Assembly: GCA_035266665.1 (NCBI GenBank)
Contig: DATFMZ010000302.1
Span: 1-44,898 of the forward strand
Origin: Gemmatimonadales bacterium
Lineage (GTDB): Bacteria; Gemmatimonadota; Gemmatimonadetes; Gemmatimonadales; GWC2-71-9
Direction: 5' to 3'
Length of the DNA stretch: 44,898 bases
In this document: positions 42,779-44,898 of the stretch, piece by piece
How the letters are laid out: each line of letters opens with the position of its first letter
How positions within the stretch are numbered: the first letter of the stretch is position 1
The notes under the pieces: generated by a model
Databases searched by the model: none
Told to the model about the DNA's origin: nothing
What the model saw: the letters and a program-made list of their open reading frames with translations, nothing else
Position numbers and translations under genes: made by a program

Positions 42779-43506
42779 GGCAGCACCTTGATCTTGATGT
42801 TGCGGTAGGCGACGCGCCCACCGTGATCCTGGAGACCGATGTAGCCGGTGGCATTCGTTCCATAGTACGGATGCGGTGCGAACTTGCTGTGCGCGACGCG
42901 CGCCTTCCAGTCGGGACTCCCGAGCACGTAGTCCACGACCTTCACCCCGTTGAGCCACTGCTCGATGTGATTGCCCCGCGCGATGATCTCCACGTGGTTC
43001 CACTCCCCCGCGGGCTTTGCGACACCGGGTTTGGTGGGATAGAGCGCGTAGTCGGAGCCCGCCGCGGTGAGCGGGTGCTTCCCGTCCGATGCGTGCGCGT
43101 CGTCCAACACCTGCATTTCCGGCGCGTTCCAGTAGATGGCTCCGTCCACCTCGCTCGCGCGGTAGAAGATCCCGCTGTTGGCGTCGAAGGCGACCTTCCA
43201 ATCAATCTTGAGATCGAAGTTCGCGAACTTCCTGGTCGTGATCAGATCGCCGCCCGTGGGCTCGCCGCCCTTGGCATCGAGCGTGAGCGCCCCGTCGATC
43301 ACCTTCCAGCTGGCGGGCACCGAATCCATCTTGTAGCCCCGCCACCCGTCCATGGTCTTCCCATCGAACAGGAGCTGCCAGCCGTCTGCGCGCTCGGCCG
43401 AGGTCAAGGTGTTCGGTGCGGTCATCGTGCTGTCCTGGGCGAACAGCGGAGCGGCCGCCAGGAGTGCCACGGAAATGCCTACGGCAACGCGTCGAAATGT
43501 CTGCAT
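42775..43506 (-). CDS. DUF1080 (3-keto-disaccharide hydrolase family) exported protein
   Basis: ORF 42775..44349 trimmed to ATG 43506 ([24 protein letters not shown] signal). [14 protein letters not shown]...NSGIFYR...EMQVLDD...[20 protein letters not shown] overlap with the MFS gene. Confidence 0.9.
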   Translation of the reverse strand: MQTFRRVAVGISVALLAAAPLFAQDSTMTAPNTLTSAERADGWQLLFDGKTMDGWRGYKMDSVPASWKVIDGALTLDAKGGEPTGGDLITTRKFANFDLKIDWKVAFDANSGIFYRASEVDGAIYWNAPEMQVLDDAHASDGKHPLTAAGSDYALYPTKPGVAKPAGEWNHVEIIARGNHIEQWLNGVKVVDYVLGSPDWKARVAHSKFAPHPYYGTNATGYIGLQDHGGRVAYRNIKIKVLP

Positions 43507-43668
43507 CAGGAGCCCCGTAAGGGTGGTGGGTACAACCGGCCCGAACCTACGCGCCGGGGCCGCGATGCGCCATAGCCGGAGCGGAGCGAACCATCGAGCG
43601 GACGCCGGCCCGCGACTTTTGGGACCGGCCGGGGTATTTTTCTGTTCAGGTAATCCGGAGTCTCGTTT

Positions 43669-44286
43669 TTGAAGCCCGCCGCCCTCGTTCTCGCTCTCTG
43701 CGCCGCCACCGGAATCACCGGCGTGGCACGCGCGCAATCCCACGGAGTGGACACACTCTCCAACGCGGGCGTCGTCCGCGCGTCGGGGGTGGTGGACTCC
43801 GTGTTCGTGAAGAAGGTGCGCCCCGCGGCCACCATCGCCGGCGGCGATTGGACGTCCTATATGATGGCGCGCCTCGGCATTCGGCCGATCCCGGCGGGCA
43901 TGGGCATCCACGTGGACGTGGATACCGCGCGCATCGAATTGGCCGGCACGATCGGTGAGCTGCCGCCCGAGGCGCAGGCCGAGCTCCGGCCGCTCTTTCA
44001 GATCTTCGGCCCGAACACTCCCTACACGGCAGACGTGACGCTCTTCCCGGCCGGAGCGGGTGCGGTACGGTTCCGGCTCCACCGGGTCACCATCAATCGC
44101 ATCCCCATTCCCGATACCTGGCTTCAGGGCGTGATGACGGAGGTCGGGAAACAGTACCCCGCCCTGACCCGCACGGGCCGCGATCTTCTCGTGGCGATCC
44201 CGCGGGGTGGCGCCGTGCATCTCGTGCGGGGCGGCGTGGAGCTCGAGGCACCGGCGGGGGATACGGCGGCGTCCGCGGGCCGGTGA
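43669..44286 (+). CDS. hypothetical secreted protein
   Basis: TTG start at 43669 with GGAG about 10 nt upstream. MKPAALVLALCAATGITGVARAQ signal peptide. No family recognised. Confidence 0.5.
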   Translation: MKPAALVLALCAATGITGVARAQSHGVDTLSNAGVVRASGVVDSVFVKKVRPAATIAGGDWTSYMMARLGIRPIPAGMGIHVDVDTARIELAGTIGELPPEAQAELRPLFQIFGPNTPYTADVTLFPAGAGAVRFRLHRVTINRIPIPDTWLQGVMTEVGKQYPALTRTGRDLLVAIPRGGAVHLVRGGVELEAPAGDTAASAGR

Positions 44287-44828
44287 CCCGCACGCTCGCC
44301 GCCGCCGCGCTGGCGCTGCTGGCCGCGGCGGGCACTCACCTGGAGACACCCGTGCCGTTCACTCTCACCTCCTCGGCATTCAAGGATGGCGGCTCCATTC
44401 CCAGCGTCTACACCTGTGACGGGAGGGACGTCTCGCCGCCGCTCGCGTGGGCGGGCGTACCCGCCGACGCCAAGAGTCTCGCCTTCATTCTGGACGATCC
44501 CGACGCGCCCGATCCCAAAGCGCCCAAGAGGACCTGGGTGCATTGGGTGCTGTTCAACATCCCGCCGACCGCGACGGGGCTTCCCGAGGCCGTGACAGCG
44601 AAGGCACTGCCCGCGGGGACGCGCGAGGGAACCAACGACTGGAAGCGCACGGGGTACGGCGGTCCCTGCCCGCCGATCGGCCGGCACCGCTACGTGCACA
44701 AGCTCTACGCGCTCGACACGACGCTCGACCTGGAGCATCCCACGAAGGCCCGCCTCGAGGCGGCGATGCGTGGGCACATCGTCGGTGAAGCACAGCTGAT
44801 CGGCACGTATCAGCGGCCGGGACATTAG
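44283..44828 (+). CDS. YbhB/YbcL-type PEBP (Raf-kinase-inhibitor-like) family protein, exported
   Basis: GTGA overlap with the preceding gene. Signal-like N-terminus. LDDPDAPDP, HWVLFNIP and GGPCPP..HRY PEBP motifs. Confidence 0.9.
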   Translation: MTRTLAAAALALLAAAGTHLETPVPFTLTSSAFKDGGSIPSVYTCDGRDVSPPLAWAGVPADAKSLAFILDDPDAPDPKAPKRTWVHWVLFNIPPTATGLPEAVTAKALPAGTREGTNDWKRTGYGGPCPPIGRHRYVHKLYALDTTLDLEHPTKARLEAAMRGHIVGEAQLIGTYQRPGH

Positions 44829-44898
44829 CGGGAGCACCCCTACCGCGTCCTCCGCCGACGCCGTATCGTCTCCCGCTATGACCCGACCCTTCCTCGTC

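Noticed and set aside
43612-43625. GCGActtTTGGGAC, resembling one half-site (with its GCGA-NN prefix) of the TTGGGACAT repeat, in the DUF1080/hypothetical divergent region.
   Set aside because: Only 7 of 9 core positions match, and there is no second copy 21 nt away. A degenerate TTGGGTAGT at 30984 was likewise not counted because it is out of phase.
42775-44349. Upstream extensions of several ORF-track entries (42775..44349, 16861.., 20826.., 21616.., 22617.., 27338.., 20096..21130, 10109..12211, 41528..43201, 40171..41673).
   Set aside because: In each case an internal ATG/GTG preceded by a GGAG-type Shine-Dalgarno gives a canonical signal peptide or the conserved N-terminus. The extension also overlaps a neighbouring gene or an intergenic promoter region.
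44878-44898. ATG at 44878 opening a frame (MTRPFLV...) that runs off the window end.
   Set aside because: Only seven codons are visible, which is insufficient to call a gene.
1-44898. Looked for rRNA, tRNA cloverleaf-like segments, CRISPR-style regularly spaced repeats, IS/transposase or integrase genes, phage or defence-system genes, and toxin-antitoxin pairs.
   Set aside because: I could recognise none by eye in any intergenic region or ORF translation. A tRNAscan/Infernal/defence-finder run would be needed to exclude small or divergent examples.

Overview
Very GC-rich bacterial chromosomal segment. Gene content resembles soil Gemmatimonadota/Acidobacteriota-type genomes, but taxonomy cannot be verified here. 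All calls come from reading the sequence and ORF translations by eye; no BLAST, HMM or folding program was run. I support 38 protein-coding genes. I saw no rRNA, tRNA, CRISPR array, transposase, integrase or phage genes. Many long ORFs in the track are antisense shadow ORFs typical of high-GC DNA and were rejected.

Gene blocks:
- 1-4.7 kb: GT39-like glycosyltransferase tail, FMN alpha-hydroxy-acid dehydrogenase, beta-propeller lipoprotein, EamA transporter, Gly/Glu-rich secreted protein.
- 4.8-19.1 kb: exported glycan/peptide-scavenging island. It holds two GH29 fucosidases, a GMC flavoprotein with its Tat small subunit, a Gfo/Idh/MocA enzyme, a DUF1080 protein, and M1, DPP-IV and S9 peptidases.
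- 19.2-27.4 kb: stress/redox block with GNAT, CMD/AhpD-like protein, flavin reductase, OMP barrel, epimerase, FAD monooxygenase, SRPBCC, a 4-TM protein and DoxX. It is controlled by two paralogous ECF41 (SigJ-like) sigma factors.
- 27.5-29.2 kb: HExxH lipoprotein.
- 29.2-36.7 kb: three CckA-like hybrid histidine kinases plus a family-3 solute-binding protein.
- 36.9-38.6 kb: two exported proteins.
- 38.6-43.5 kb: minus-strand operon DUF1080 / MFS / Tat-Gfo/Idh/MocA / lipase-maturation-factor homologue.
- 43.7-44.8 kb: secreted hypothetical protein plus a PEBP/YbhB protein.

Most notable observations:
- Six copies of TGTCAC[A/G]-N15/16-[C/T]GTC, the ECF41 promoter consensus as I recall it, each placed in front of a transcription unit of the 19.6-27.4 kb block. 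Both sigma genes are included.
- Two pairs of perfectly phased 9-mers (TTGGGACAT-N12-TTGGGACAT) in inverted orientation, flanking the SBP-kinase-kinase unit. This is LytTR-like operator architecture, and no matching regulator lies in the window.
- Two long rod-like intergenic hairpins (about 160 nt and about 110 nt).

I found no clear-cut novel multi-gene system such as a defence island.
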